Shown here piece after piece: positions 18,351 to 26,581 of a DNA stretch of 64,000 bases. The notes beneath the pieces were generated by a model, which saw only the letters and a list, made by a program, of their open reading frames with translations, ran no database searches and was not told the origin of the DNA. How positions within the stretch are numbered: position 1 is the stretch's first letter; the number at the start of each line of letters is the position of its first letter. The stretch lies in the NCBI GenBank assembly GCA_003130845.1, contig QEXW01000025.1:1962-65961 (forward strand). The letters run 5' to 3'. This DNA comes from Anaerolineae bacterium (GTDB lineage Bacteria; Chloroflexota; Anaerolineae; Anaerolineales; Villigracilaceae). The position numbers were made by a program, and so were the translations under genes.

Positions 18351-19103
18351 ATGATTGTCGTATCGAATCTTTCGTTTCGTTATCAACAACCCATTTTCGA
18401 GCAGTTCAATTGGCAGGTTGAACCTGGTGAAACTTGGGCGGTCTTGGGCCCTTCGGGCTGTGGTAAAAGCACGCTCTTGGCCCTCTTGGCTGGGCTAAAA
18501 GTGCCGCAAAGCGGGGAAATCCGCATTCATGGCGAGCGGATTCTTCGTCCGCGCCCACAAACCGGGCTTATTTTGCAGGATTACGGTCTCTTACCCTGGG
18601 CGACGGTTCGTGAAAATATTGCGCTCGGTTTAAGGATTCGCTCTTTCTACGGGGCCGATGGTGTTCATGCCCCCAAAAAATCGCTCTCTCTTAAGCGAGT
18701 TGATTTTTGGCTGGAACGCCTGGGATTAGCATCTGTCGCAGCGCAGTATCCGGCACAACTCTCCGGGGGGCAGCGTCAACGTACAGCCATTGCACGCACG
18801 TTGGTGTTAGAGCCAGATGTGTTGCTGATGGATGAACCCTTTTCCTCGCTGGATGCTCCCACCCGTGAGGGATTGCAAGCCCTTACGCTCGAACTGACCG
18901 CCGAACATGGGTTGACGCTGATTATTGTCACACATGCCATTGAAGAAGCTGCTCTCTTGGGGCGCAAGATTCTGCTCTTACACCAGCCTCCCAATCGCCA
19001 AGCCCAAGTCATTCCCAACCCTTCAGCGGGCAGTGTCAGGTATCGTGAGCAGGCAGAATACGCTGCGCTGTGCCATGTTTTGCGCGAGAGCCTGCGAGGA
19101 TAA
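18351..19103 (+). CDS. ABC transporter ATP-binding protein (NitT/TauT family)
   Basis: Walker A GPSGCGKST, signature LSGGQRQR, Walker B LLMDEPFSSLD. Confidence 0.9.
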   Translation: MIVVSNLSFRYQQPIFEQFNWQVEPGETWAVLGPSGCGKSTLLALLAGLKVPQSGEIRIHGERILRPRPQTGLILQDYGLLPWATVRENIALGLRIRSFYGADGVHAPKKSLSLKRVDFWLERLGLASVAAQYPAQLSGGQRQRTAIARTLVLEPDVLLMDEPFSSLDAPTREGLQALTLELTAEHGLTLIIVTHAIEEAALLGRKILLLHQPPNRQAQVIPNPSAGSVRYREQAEYAALCHVLRESLRG

Positions 19104-19142
19104 CCATCTTCGGTTATACTTTGTCTGCATTACGGAGGCGCT

Positions 19143-19694
19143 ATGGCAAATCTTGAAGCACGCATCCGCATGGCGGCTGAAAGTATTTTGGATAATGAAG
19201 CCCTACGCAGTGGGCTGAACGATGAGGAAGCCGCCCGTGTTCTACTCAACTGGGGCGTTTCCTGGGCGAAAACGCTCGCCGGCCAAACGGCTGATATTGA
19301 AGACGACGAGCAGGCTGACGAGGCGGCTTATCCACGCCTACGGGCCCTGCGCGGACTGATGACAGCGCTCAAAGACCTTTCGCTCGCCGAAGATTGGCCG
19401 GTGGAGACCATGCAAGAAACGGTGCAATCTCTCACCGAACATGCTGGCACCCTCTATGGGCAAACCTGGCAGCCCCCGGCCGATTTGGAGCAGCAAGTGA
19501 GACACATCCTGCAAACGGCGGATGTGCGCACCCGCCTGAAGATGCTGCTCGATTTGTTAGGTGGCTTACCTGGCTCCGATATACCCCCACAGGCCAATCA
19601 GTCCCCTGCCCCAACCGCACCTGCAAAAGAAGAGATGACCCCTCAACCACAAGGCTTATTGGCAAGGCTGTTTAGAAGATGGAGAGGAGAGTGA
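19143..19694 (+). CDS. acidic hypothetical protein, translationally linked to the PLD gene
   Basis: 183 aa with no TM and no recognised family. The stop is 1 nt before the PLD ATG, whose GGAGAGGAGA RBS lies inside this ORF. Confidence 0.5.
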   Translation: MANLEARIRMAAESILDNEALRSGLNDEEAARVLLNWGVSWAKTLAGQTADIEDDEQADEAAYPRLRALRGLMTALKDLSLAEDWPVETMQETVQSLTEHAGTLYGQTWQPPADLEQQVRHILQTADVRTRLKMLLDLLGGLPGSDIPPQANQSPAPTAPAKEEMTPQPQGLLARLFRRWRGE

Positions 19695-19695
19695 A

Positions 19696-20955
19696 ATGAC
19701 ACGATCCAAAAAGAAATCCGGCTCGTCCAAAGGGACGCTGATTGTTCTGGCAATTGTCTTGGTGTTGGGATTAATTTTCATTGCCACCGGCGCCGACCCT
19801 TTGGGTTTGTTTACTGAAGGCGTCACACCAACTGCACTGCAGCCGATTCCTGCAAGCCAGACACCCTTGCGCCCCCCTACAGAAACTCTGAGCGGTGCAA
19901 CGACCATCGCCCCGAAATCGGGTGCAGATTGGTATGAAGTGGGGTTTGTCACGCCGCGCAACATGAGCGAATCTATCAAAAACGAATATAGCGCCAGCGG
20001 TCTGCCTGCCGAAATATTGGCCGGCTCGCTGGCCGAGCGGTTAATTTATTACATTGACTCGGCGCAAACCAGCATTCATGTAGCTGCCTTTGAAATTGAC
20101 CTGACCGACGTCTCTAACGCGCTCATCCGAGCCCATAAACGTGGTGTGCAAGTGCGCTTTATTACGGATGACGAATTTGGGCTGGGCGCGGACAAAAAGC
20201 CTGGTCATGGGCAGTTGGCTGCGATGAAGAAGGCCGGTATCGAAATCAAAGATGATGGCCGTAACGGCCTGATGCACAACAAGTTCTGGATTTTCGATGG
20301 CAAAATTGTATGGACCGGCTCGACCAACGCTACCATTAACGGCATGTTTGAGCAGAACAACAATGTAATTGTGCTGAAATCCCCCGATGTGGCAGCGATT
20401 TATGAACGGCAGTTTGCCGATATGTGGAATGGTGAATTTGGGGCACGCGCGCCCTCCACTGTGGATGACCAAAAAGTCACTGTGAACGGCACTCCTATTT
20501 TGGTGCTCTTTTCTCCCGAAGATAAACCCGTTCAATACATTGTCACCTACTTGCAAAACGCGCGTCGGAACATCCGCTTCATGGCGTTTTCCTATACTCA
20601 GCCCGATATGGGCAACGCCATGCTTGAACGTCTTAAGAACGGTGTCGTGGTAGAAGGTGTCTTTGAGACGGTGGGCAGCGACAGCGAGTTTAGTGAAATG
20701 CTCCCTCTGCATTGTGCGGGCGGAAAGATGCGGCGTGATGGCAACCCCGGCTTCCTGCATCATAAAGTTATCATTATTGACAATCGCATTGTCATTACCG
20801 GCTCGCTCAACTTTAGCGATGGCGCCAACAAAAACAATAACGAAAACGTCATCATTATTGACAATGCCGAAATTGCCAAACGCTACCTAGAAGAATTCCA
20901 ACGCGTTTGGCAAGAAGCAAGCGACCTGGACCCGGCGCGATTCAAATGCCCCTAA
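19696..20955 (+). CDS. membrane-anchored phospholipase D superfamily protein (two HKD motifs)
   Basis: N-terminal TM LIVLAIVLVLGLIFIA. HKD motifs LMHNKFWIFDGKIVWTGSTN and FLHHKVIIIDNRIVITGSLN. Confidence 0.8.
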   Translation: MTRSKKKSGSSKGTLIVLAIVLVLGLIFIATGADPLGLFTEGVTPTALQPIPASQTPLRPPTETLSGATTIAPKSGADWYEVGFVTPRNMSESIKNEYSASGLPAEILAGSLAERLIYYIDSAQTSIHVAAFEIDLTDVSNALIRAHKRGVQVRFITDDEFGLGADKKPGHGQLAAMKKAGIEIKDDGRNGLMHNKFWIFDGKIVWTGSTNATINGMFEQNNNVIVLKSPDVAAIYERQFADMWNGEFGARAPSTVDDQKVTVNGTPILVLFSPEDKPVQYIVTYLQNARRNIRFMAFSYTQPDMGNAMLERLKNGVVVEGVFETVGSDSEFSEMLPLHCAGGKMRRDGNPGFLHHKVIIIDNRIVITGSLNFSDGANKNNNENVIIIDNAEIAKRYLEEFQRVWQEASDLDPARFKCP

Positions 20956-21000
20956 AATAGATTGACCGCTTGCCTAGGCTACTCTTCAGGCAGGCAGGAG

Positions 21001-22083
21001 TCAGCGCCGCGCACTCTGATTGTATAAAATGCTTGCGATTTTTTCGGCGGCCCGGCCATCCCCGAACACCGGCTGCGGGGGGGTGGAAGGTGGCGTGACA
21101 CTGTGAACGTGGTGGTGAATTTTGGCAGGGTTTAGCCCCACGACCGTGTTCCAGCCATCAGTCAGTGTCTCCACCCATTCGGTTTCTGGGCGTAACGTCA
21201 AACAGGGAACGGCAAAAAAATAAGCTTCCTTTTGCACCCCGCCTGAATCGGTCAGAATCAGGCGGGCGTTTTTTTCCATCACCAGCATATCGAGATAACT
21301 GAGTGGCTCAATTAAGCGAAGATTGGAATGGGCCGAAGCACCGAGCAAGCCTAGGTCGGCAAGTTTTTGGCGTGTGCGTGGATGCAGCGGCACGACCACC
21401 GTCTCTTTGAGCGATTGCAATATATGGAACAGGGCAGAGAGTGTTTGGGGGTCATCGGTGTTGTAGGCGCGGTGGATCGTGGCGAGTAGATAGCCGCGCG
21501 GCTGGAGGCTGAGCGTCTCCAGAATGCGCGATTTCTGCTCTGCTGCCTGGCTGAAGAGCAGGACGGCATCGTACATCGGGTCGCCTACCAGGTGCACACC
21601 AGCCGTTAGTCCCTCCTTGGACAGGTTTTTGACGGCGGTTTCGGTTGGACAAAAGAGCAAATCGGCGCAGTGGTCGGTCAGCACACGATTGTGTTCTTCA
21701 GGCATTTGGCGATTGAAGGAGCGCAGCCCGGCTTCAATGTGCGCCACGGGAATGTGTAATTTGACTGCCGCCAGTGCGCCGGCCAGGGTGGAGTTGGTAT
21801 CACCAAAGACAATCACCGCGTCTGGCTTTTGTTGCAATAGCACTTTTTCGATTTCAATCAGCATCTGACCGGTTTGTTGACCATGATTGCCGGAGCGAAC
21901 GTTCAGGTTAATATCTGCTTCGGGCAGGCCGAGTTCGTCAAAAAACACCTGTGACATGCCGTAATCATAATGTTGGCCGGTGTGCAGCAAGAATTCTTGG
22001 ATTGCGGCTTGGCGCAAGGCCCGGCTGAGTGGCGCGGCTTTAATAAATTGTGGGCGCGCTCCAACAATGGTGACAACTTTCAT
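21001..22083 (-). CDS. wecB: UDP-N-acetylglucosamine 2-epimerase (non-hydrolysing; WecB/WbpI-like)
   Basis: MKVVTIVGARPQFIKAAPLSRAL..., HTGQHYD, GDTNSTLAGALAA, ILTDSGGVQKEA. Confidence 0.85.
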   Translation of the reverse strand: MKVVTIVGARPQFIKAAPLSRALRQAAIQEFLLHTGQHYDYGMSQVFFDELGLPEADINLNVRSGNHGQQTGQMLIEIEKVLLQQKPDAVIVFGDTNSTLAGALAAVKLHIPVAHIEAGLRSFNRQMPEEHNRVLTDHCADLLFCPTETAVKNLSKEGLTAGVHLVGDPMYDAVLLFSQAAEQKSRILETLSLQPRGYLLATIHRAYNTDDPQTLSALFHILQSLKETVVVPLHPRTRQKLADLGLLGASAHSNLRLIEPLSYLDMLVMEKNARLILTDSGGVQKEAYFFAVPCLTLRPETEWVETLTDGWNTVVGLNPAKIHHHVHSVTPPSTPPQPVFGDGRAAEKIASILYNQSARR

Positions 22084-23207
22084 AAGCGGTAGAACTCTTG
22101 AATGGATGTGACCACCCGTTCAATTTGCGCGGGGGTCAACTCTGGGTAAATGGGCAGCGCCAGGGTTTCGCGGCTGGCGCGTTCGGCCTGAGGGCACTCG
22201 GCTTCGAAGCCCATGCCCGCAAAGCATTCCTGGCGATGCAATGGCACAGGGTAATAGATTTCGCTGGCAATCCCGCGAGATTTTAAAAACGCCATTAACT
22301 CATCACGACGCACGGCACGAATCTGGTAGAGGTGATAGATATGTCGGCCCCAGCCGGCTTCGCGTGGGAGAGTGATTGGCCCATCCTCGCCGGCTAAGCC
22401 AGCCTGACGGAAGAGCTCAGCATATAAAGCCGCGTTCCGACCTCGGGCTGCCGTCCAGGTTTCTAGGTGAGGAAATTTGGCGCGCAGGATGGCAGCTTGT
22501 AGGGCATCCATTCGAAAATTGCCGCCGATGGCTTGGTTGTAATATTTGGGCCGATGGCCGTGATTCCGTAAGAGTACTGCGCGGTCGGCGAGGTGCGGGT
22601 CGTTGCACACAATCATGCCACTGTCCCCTGCGCCGCCCAAATTCTTGGATGGGAAGAACGAGAAACATCCCAGATGTCCCAAAGAGCCGGCGCGTTGTCC
22701 GTGAAAATCGGCGCCGATTGCTTGGCAGGCATCTTCAATGACGTACAGATTGTATCGCTGGGCAATGGCGAGAATGGTTTCCATATCGGCCATTTGACCG
22801 CATAGGTGCACCGGCAAGATGGCGCGCGTGCGGGGTGTGATGCGGGCCTCGATGGCTTGGGCGTGGATGTTGAGAGTATCTGGGTGAATATCCACAAACA
22901 CTGGGCGCGCTCCCAGCCGCACAATTGAACCTGCCGTAGCAAAGAACGAGTAGGCGGTGGTAATCACTTCATCGCCCGGGCGGATGCCAATCGTCATCAG
23001 CGCCAGCAACAGGGCATCGGTGCCAGAGGAGACGCCCACGCCAAACCGACAGTGTGAATAGGCCGCAATTTCACGTTCCAGGGCCTCTACTTCCGGGCCG
23101 AGGATAAAGTTTTGGCTTTCCATGACGCGCTCAATGGCGGCCTGAATGTCTGCGCGCAAAGTGGCATATTGGGCCTTCAAGTCGAGCATTGGAATAGGTT
23201 CGGTCAT
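22080..23207 (-). CDS. DegT/DnrJ/EryC1/StrS family sugar aminotransferase (WbpE/ArnB-like)
   Basis: IPMLDLKAQY...ILGPEV..., ...SFFPSKNLGGAGDSGM (PLP lysine region). GGAG lies before ATG 23207. The track ORF extends to 23237. Confidence 0.85.
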   Translation of the reverse strand: MTEPIPMLDLKAQYATLRADIQAAIERVMESQNFILGPEVEALEREIAAYSHCRFGVGVSSGTDALLLALMTIGIRPGDEVITTAYSFFATAGSIVRLGARPVFVDIHPDTLNIHAQAIEARITPRTRAILPVHLCGQMADMETILAIAQRYNLYVIEDACQAIGADFHGQRAGSLGHLGCFSFFPSKNLGGAGDSGMIVCNDPHLADRAVLLRNHGHRPKYYNQAIGGNFRMDALQAAILRAKFPHLETWTAARGRNAALYAELFRQAGLAGEDGPITLPREAGWGRHIYHLYQIRAVRRDELMAFLKSRGIASEIYYPVPLHRQECFAGMGFEAECPQAERASRETLALPIYPELTPAQIERVVTSIQEFYRL

Positions 23208-23209
23208 GC

Positions 23210-23824
23210 TCACTCCAGGGGTTTTTCTTCTGGCCAATCCAGACAGCGCATTTGACCGGTTTCATCCAGCCGGTAGCGCCATCCGCTTACGGGGCAAACG
23301 AATTCACCTTTCGCCGCTGGGTCAACTGGCACCAAGCGATACCCGTGTCGGCTCATCCAGCCCTGTTGACGGGCCGGCACGCCGAGCATCAGGGCATAAT
23401 CAGGTACATCGCCACGCACTACAGCCCCGGCCCCGATAAAGGCGTATTGCCCAATCGTGGCACCACACACAATGGTGGCATTGGCGCCAATCGTTGCGCC
23501 GCGTCGAATCAGCGTGCGCTGGTATTCGCTTTTGCGGTTAATTTGCGAACGGGGATTGACCACGTTGGTCAGAACGCACGAGGGACCAAGGAACACGTCA
23601 TCTTCCACAATGACGCCGGTGTAGAGCGAAACGTTGTTTTGAATTTTGACGTTATCGCCAATTTGCACACCACTGGCCACCATGACATTTTGTCCTAAGG
23701 AGCAATTGCGCCCAATTTTGGCACCCGTCATGATGTGGCAAAAGTGCCAAATGCGCGTCCCGGCGCCGATTTCACACGGCTCATCCACATAACTGGAATG
23801 GTGAATAAAGACGTCTGTGTTCAT
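23210..23824 (-). CDS. hexapeptide-repeat sugar N-acetyltransferase (WbpD/WlbB-like)
   Basis: Left-handed beta-helix repeats: [64 protein letters not shown]. Confidence 0.8.
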   Translation of the reverse strand: MNTDVFIHHSSYVDEPCEIGAGTRIWHFCHIMTGAKIGRNCSLGQNVMVASGVQIGDNVKIQNNVSLYTGVIVEDDVFLGPSCVLTNVVNPRSQINRKSEYQRTLIRRGATIGANATIVCGATIGQYAFIGAGAVVRGDVPDYALMLGVPARQQGWMSRHGYRLVPVDPAAKGEFVCPVSGWRYRLDETGQMRCLDWPEEKPLE

Positions 23825-24780
23825 CGTTGTTCCTTCAAAAATGGATGCGCCAATCCACCCGGCGAGGAGAGTTCAGTGTGGCGAATGTCGTAGGTCAGCT
23901 GGATGGAAGGCCGCGCTTCGGGAATACCAAAGCCGTTTCCGGTCAGAGTCCGCTCGTAGACGCGGGTGTGCAGGTCGGTGAAACCTTCCGAAAATTCCAC
24001 TTCTTGCCCGTCTATGGTAATACTACGGAAGGTCGTTTTTCCAGCCTGGCGGGTTTCAGAGGGCAAATCATCGCGTTCGACCGAGAGGAACCAGCGCACG
24101 CGCGCCCGTTCCAGTTGCAGCCAGCCGCTCATGCGGCGCGAATCAGCCTGGAAAACCTTCACGGCCTGCGATGGGCCAAAGAGCCAAAGGAGCAAATCGA
24201 AAAAATGAATGCCGATGTTGGTAGCAATGCCGCCCGATTTTTCGGGCTGACCTTTCCACGAGACATGATACCAATTGCCCCGACTGGTGATATACGTCAA
24301 CAGCACATCGTGAACTGTGCCGGATGGTTCTTGCTCCAAACGCGCCTTCAGTGCCAATAAAGCCGGGTGAACACGCAATTGTAGGATGGTGTAAATCCGC
24401 CGTCCGGTTTCGGCTTCAATTTCGCTCAGCGCATCCAAGTTCCAGGGGTTGATGACCAGTGGTTTTTCACAAATTGCATCGGCGCCAACCCGCAAGGCCA
24501 AGCGACAGTGGGCATCGTGCAGATAGTTCGGCGAACAAATTGAGACGTAATGCACACGTTCCGCTTCTCCTAGGCGGCGCAGTTTTTCGAGATGACGGTC
24601 GAAGCGCTCTACTTCCGTGAAGAAGCGTACATCGAACGAGTAGCGGTCGAGGATGCCGACCGAATCTTTGGGGTCTACCGCTGCCACCAAGCGGTGACCG
24701 GTATCTCGAATGGCTTGCAGATGACGGGGGGCAATGTAGCCACCCACGCCAATCACTGCGAAATTTTTCGGTTCTGTCAT
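23821..24780 (-). CDS. Gfo/Idh/MocA family sugar-nucleotide oxidoreductase (WbpB/WlbA-like)
   Basis: N-terminal Rossmann [18 protein letters not shown] and EKPL motif CEKPLVINP. 4-bp ATGA overlaps at both ends. Confidence 0.8.
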   Translation of the reverse strand: MTEPKNFAVIGVGGYIAPRHLQAIRDTGHRLVAAVDPKDSVGILDRYSFDVRFFTEVERFDRHLEKLRRLGEAERVHYVSICSPNYLHDAHCRLALRVGADAICEKPLVINPWNLDALSEIEAETGRRIYTILQLRVHPALLALKARLEQEPSGTVHDVLLTYITSRGNWYHVSWKGQPEKSGGIATNIGIHFFDLLLWLFGPSQAVKVFQADSRRMSGWLQLERARVRWFLSVERDDLPSETRQAGKTTFRSITIDGQEVEFSEGFTDLHTRVYERTLTGNGFGIPEARPSIQLTYDIRHTELSSPGGLAHPFLKEQR

Positions 24781-25559
24781 CGTCCCTCCTGTGCTTGCCT
24801 TTTCCAGGCACGTTTATGAAACCATAACGTCAGATAACCACGAATGGTGCGGGCAATTTTCATGCGGCTTTTCCCCACCCGCGCTTTGGTATCTAACACC
24901 ATCGGTACTTCGGAAATCGAGAGACCGCAAAAGACCATCTTCATTGCCATTTCTACCATGCATTCGAAGCCGGCACGCTCGATAATGCCTGGCCCGTAGT
25001 GACGTTGCAACGTTTTTAGTGCCTTCGCCCGATACAGTCGAAAGAAAGAACTCACCGTCAGCAGCCCGTGTAAGCCGAGCATTTCCTTAACGAATAGATT
25101 GGCAACTGCGCTCAGGAACACCCGAAAGGTCGAGGTGTTCACAATTTGCCCGCCATACATGTAGGGGCTGGCAAAAATCACATCATAGCCTTCCGCCATG
25201 CGAGTCAACATCTGCTTGACCAATTCCAAGCGTGACGTGTTGTCGCCTTCGATGGTCAGCACCAGGTCATTGTCTTGTAAAAGAGAAAAGAGATGGGAAA
25301 AACCCGTCTGAAAGGCCTTGCCGGGCCCTAGATTTCTCTCGTGCTGCAACACGTAGAGTGGAAAGCCAGCCTGTTCGGCAGCCTGCTTTGCTAAGCCGGA
25401 TGTGTTGTCCACGCTCCCATCATCTACGAAAATCACCTGAAGGTCAAACCGATCTATAAATTCACGGTGCAACGCTGCCAGAGATTGACTCAGACGTGGC
25501 AAATTGCCCGCTTCGTTGAGAACCGGCACCAGGATGAAAAATCTGGGAGGTTGACTCAT
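24777..25559 (-). CDS. family 2 glycosyltransferase, polyprenyl-phosphate sugar synthase-like (DPM1/ArnC/GtrB-like)
   Basis: FILVPVLNEAGNLPRL...IFVDDGSVDNT... Confidence 0.75.
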   Translation of the reverse strand: MSQPPRFFILVPVLNEAGNLPRLSQSLAALHREFIDRFDLQVIFVDDGSVDNTSGLAKQAAEQAGFPLYVLQHERNLGPGKAFQTGFSHLFSLLQDNDLVLTIEGDNTSRLELVKQMLTRMAEGYDVIFASPYMYGGQIVNTSTFRVFLSAVANLFVKEMLGLHGLLTVSSFFRLYRAKALKTLQRHYGPGIIERAGFECMVEMAMKMVFCGLSISEVPMVLDTKARVGKSRMKIARTIRGYLTLWFHKRAWKRQAQEGR

Positions 25560-26572
25560 GCTGTCGGGTCCTCAAAGCGTAATTTGATTTCAGGGGTTGG
25601 CATGCCGAGAGCGCGCCGCCGTTCAATTTGCCAACGAATAGTCGTTTTTAAGCCTTGCTCTAGTTCGACTTTGGGGTCAAAATCGAGCAAACGGCGTGCT
25701 TTAGAAATATCCGGTACGCGCCGCATGACATCCTCGTATTTGCCAAAGGTTTCGTAGGGGGTCAGTTTGAGTTTGGGTTCATCGCCGCGCACCAAACCCC
25801 AAATGAGCAGGGCTAAATCTCGAATGGTGATTTCGCGCGTATTGCCAATGTTGAACACTTGATTGTTGGCTTGGCTCTTTTCAATGCTGGCGATAATCCC
25901 GTCCACATGGTCGCTGATGTAGGTAAACGAACGGGTTTGCAGGCCGTTGCCATGCAGGGGAATTTCTTGGTCATCAATGGCTGCGTTGATAAAAACCGAT
26001 TGTGGCCCGCCCCACCAAGTGAGATGCTGATTGGGCCCGTATCCGCCAAAGAAGCGCAGAGCGACCACATCCAGGCCGTGCCGCTCGTGATAGGCGAAGA
26101 GCAATTGCTCCTCAAACATCTTGGAAATGGCATAAGACCAGCGTTTCACTTCTGGGCGGCCAATGACCAGGTCGGATTCTTCCGAAAATGGCACGTTAGG
26201 GTTCTTTCCATACACATCAGAAGTGGAAGCCGCCACCACTTTGGCGCCGTATTGCGCTGCTGCTTGCAGAACCGACAACGTGCCGTGTGAGTTAATCAAC
26301 AACGTATCCATCGCGTCACTGTAACGCGGAATTTTGAAGGCCGCCAAGTGAACCACCACATCACAGCCGCGCGTCAGGCGGCGGACGAGCTTTTCATCCC
26401 GAATATCGCCTTGCACAAAGCGGAATTTGCGATGATTCTGGACGTTCTTCAGGTTAAGCAGAAAGCCCTGGGAGAGATTATCCAACCCAATCACAGTATG
26501 CCCACGTTCAAGCAGGGCTTCGGTTAGGTTCGAGCCGATGAAACCGGCAGCGCCGGTGATGAGAATTTTCAT
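25556..26572 (-). CDS. NAD-dependent sugar-nucleotide epimerase/dehydratase (extended SDR; UXS/ArnA-C-terminal-like)
   Basis: MKILITGAAGFIGSNL, and YAISKMFEE (YxxxK). Confidence 0.85.
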   Translation of the reverse strand: MKILITGAAGFIGSNLTEALLERGHTVIGLDNLSQGFLLNLKNVQNHRKFRFVQGDIRDEKLVRRLTRGCDVVVHLAAFKIPRYSDAMDTLLINSHGTLSVLQAAAQYGAKVVAASTSDVYGKNPNVPFSEESDLVIGRPEVKRWSYAISKMFEEQLLFAYHERHGLDVVALRFFGGYGPNQHLTWWGGPQSVFINAAIDDQEIPLHGNGLQTRSFTYISDHVDGIIASIEKSQANNQVFNIGNTREITIRDLALLIWGLVRGDEPKLKLTPYETFGKYEDVMRRVPDISKARRLLDFDPKVELEQGLKTTIRWQIERRRALGMPTPEIKLRFEDPTA

Positions 26573-26581
26573 GCAGTCACC

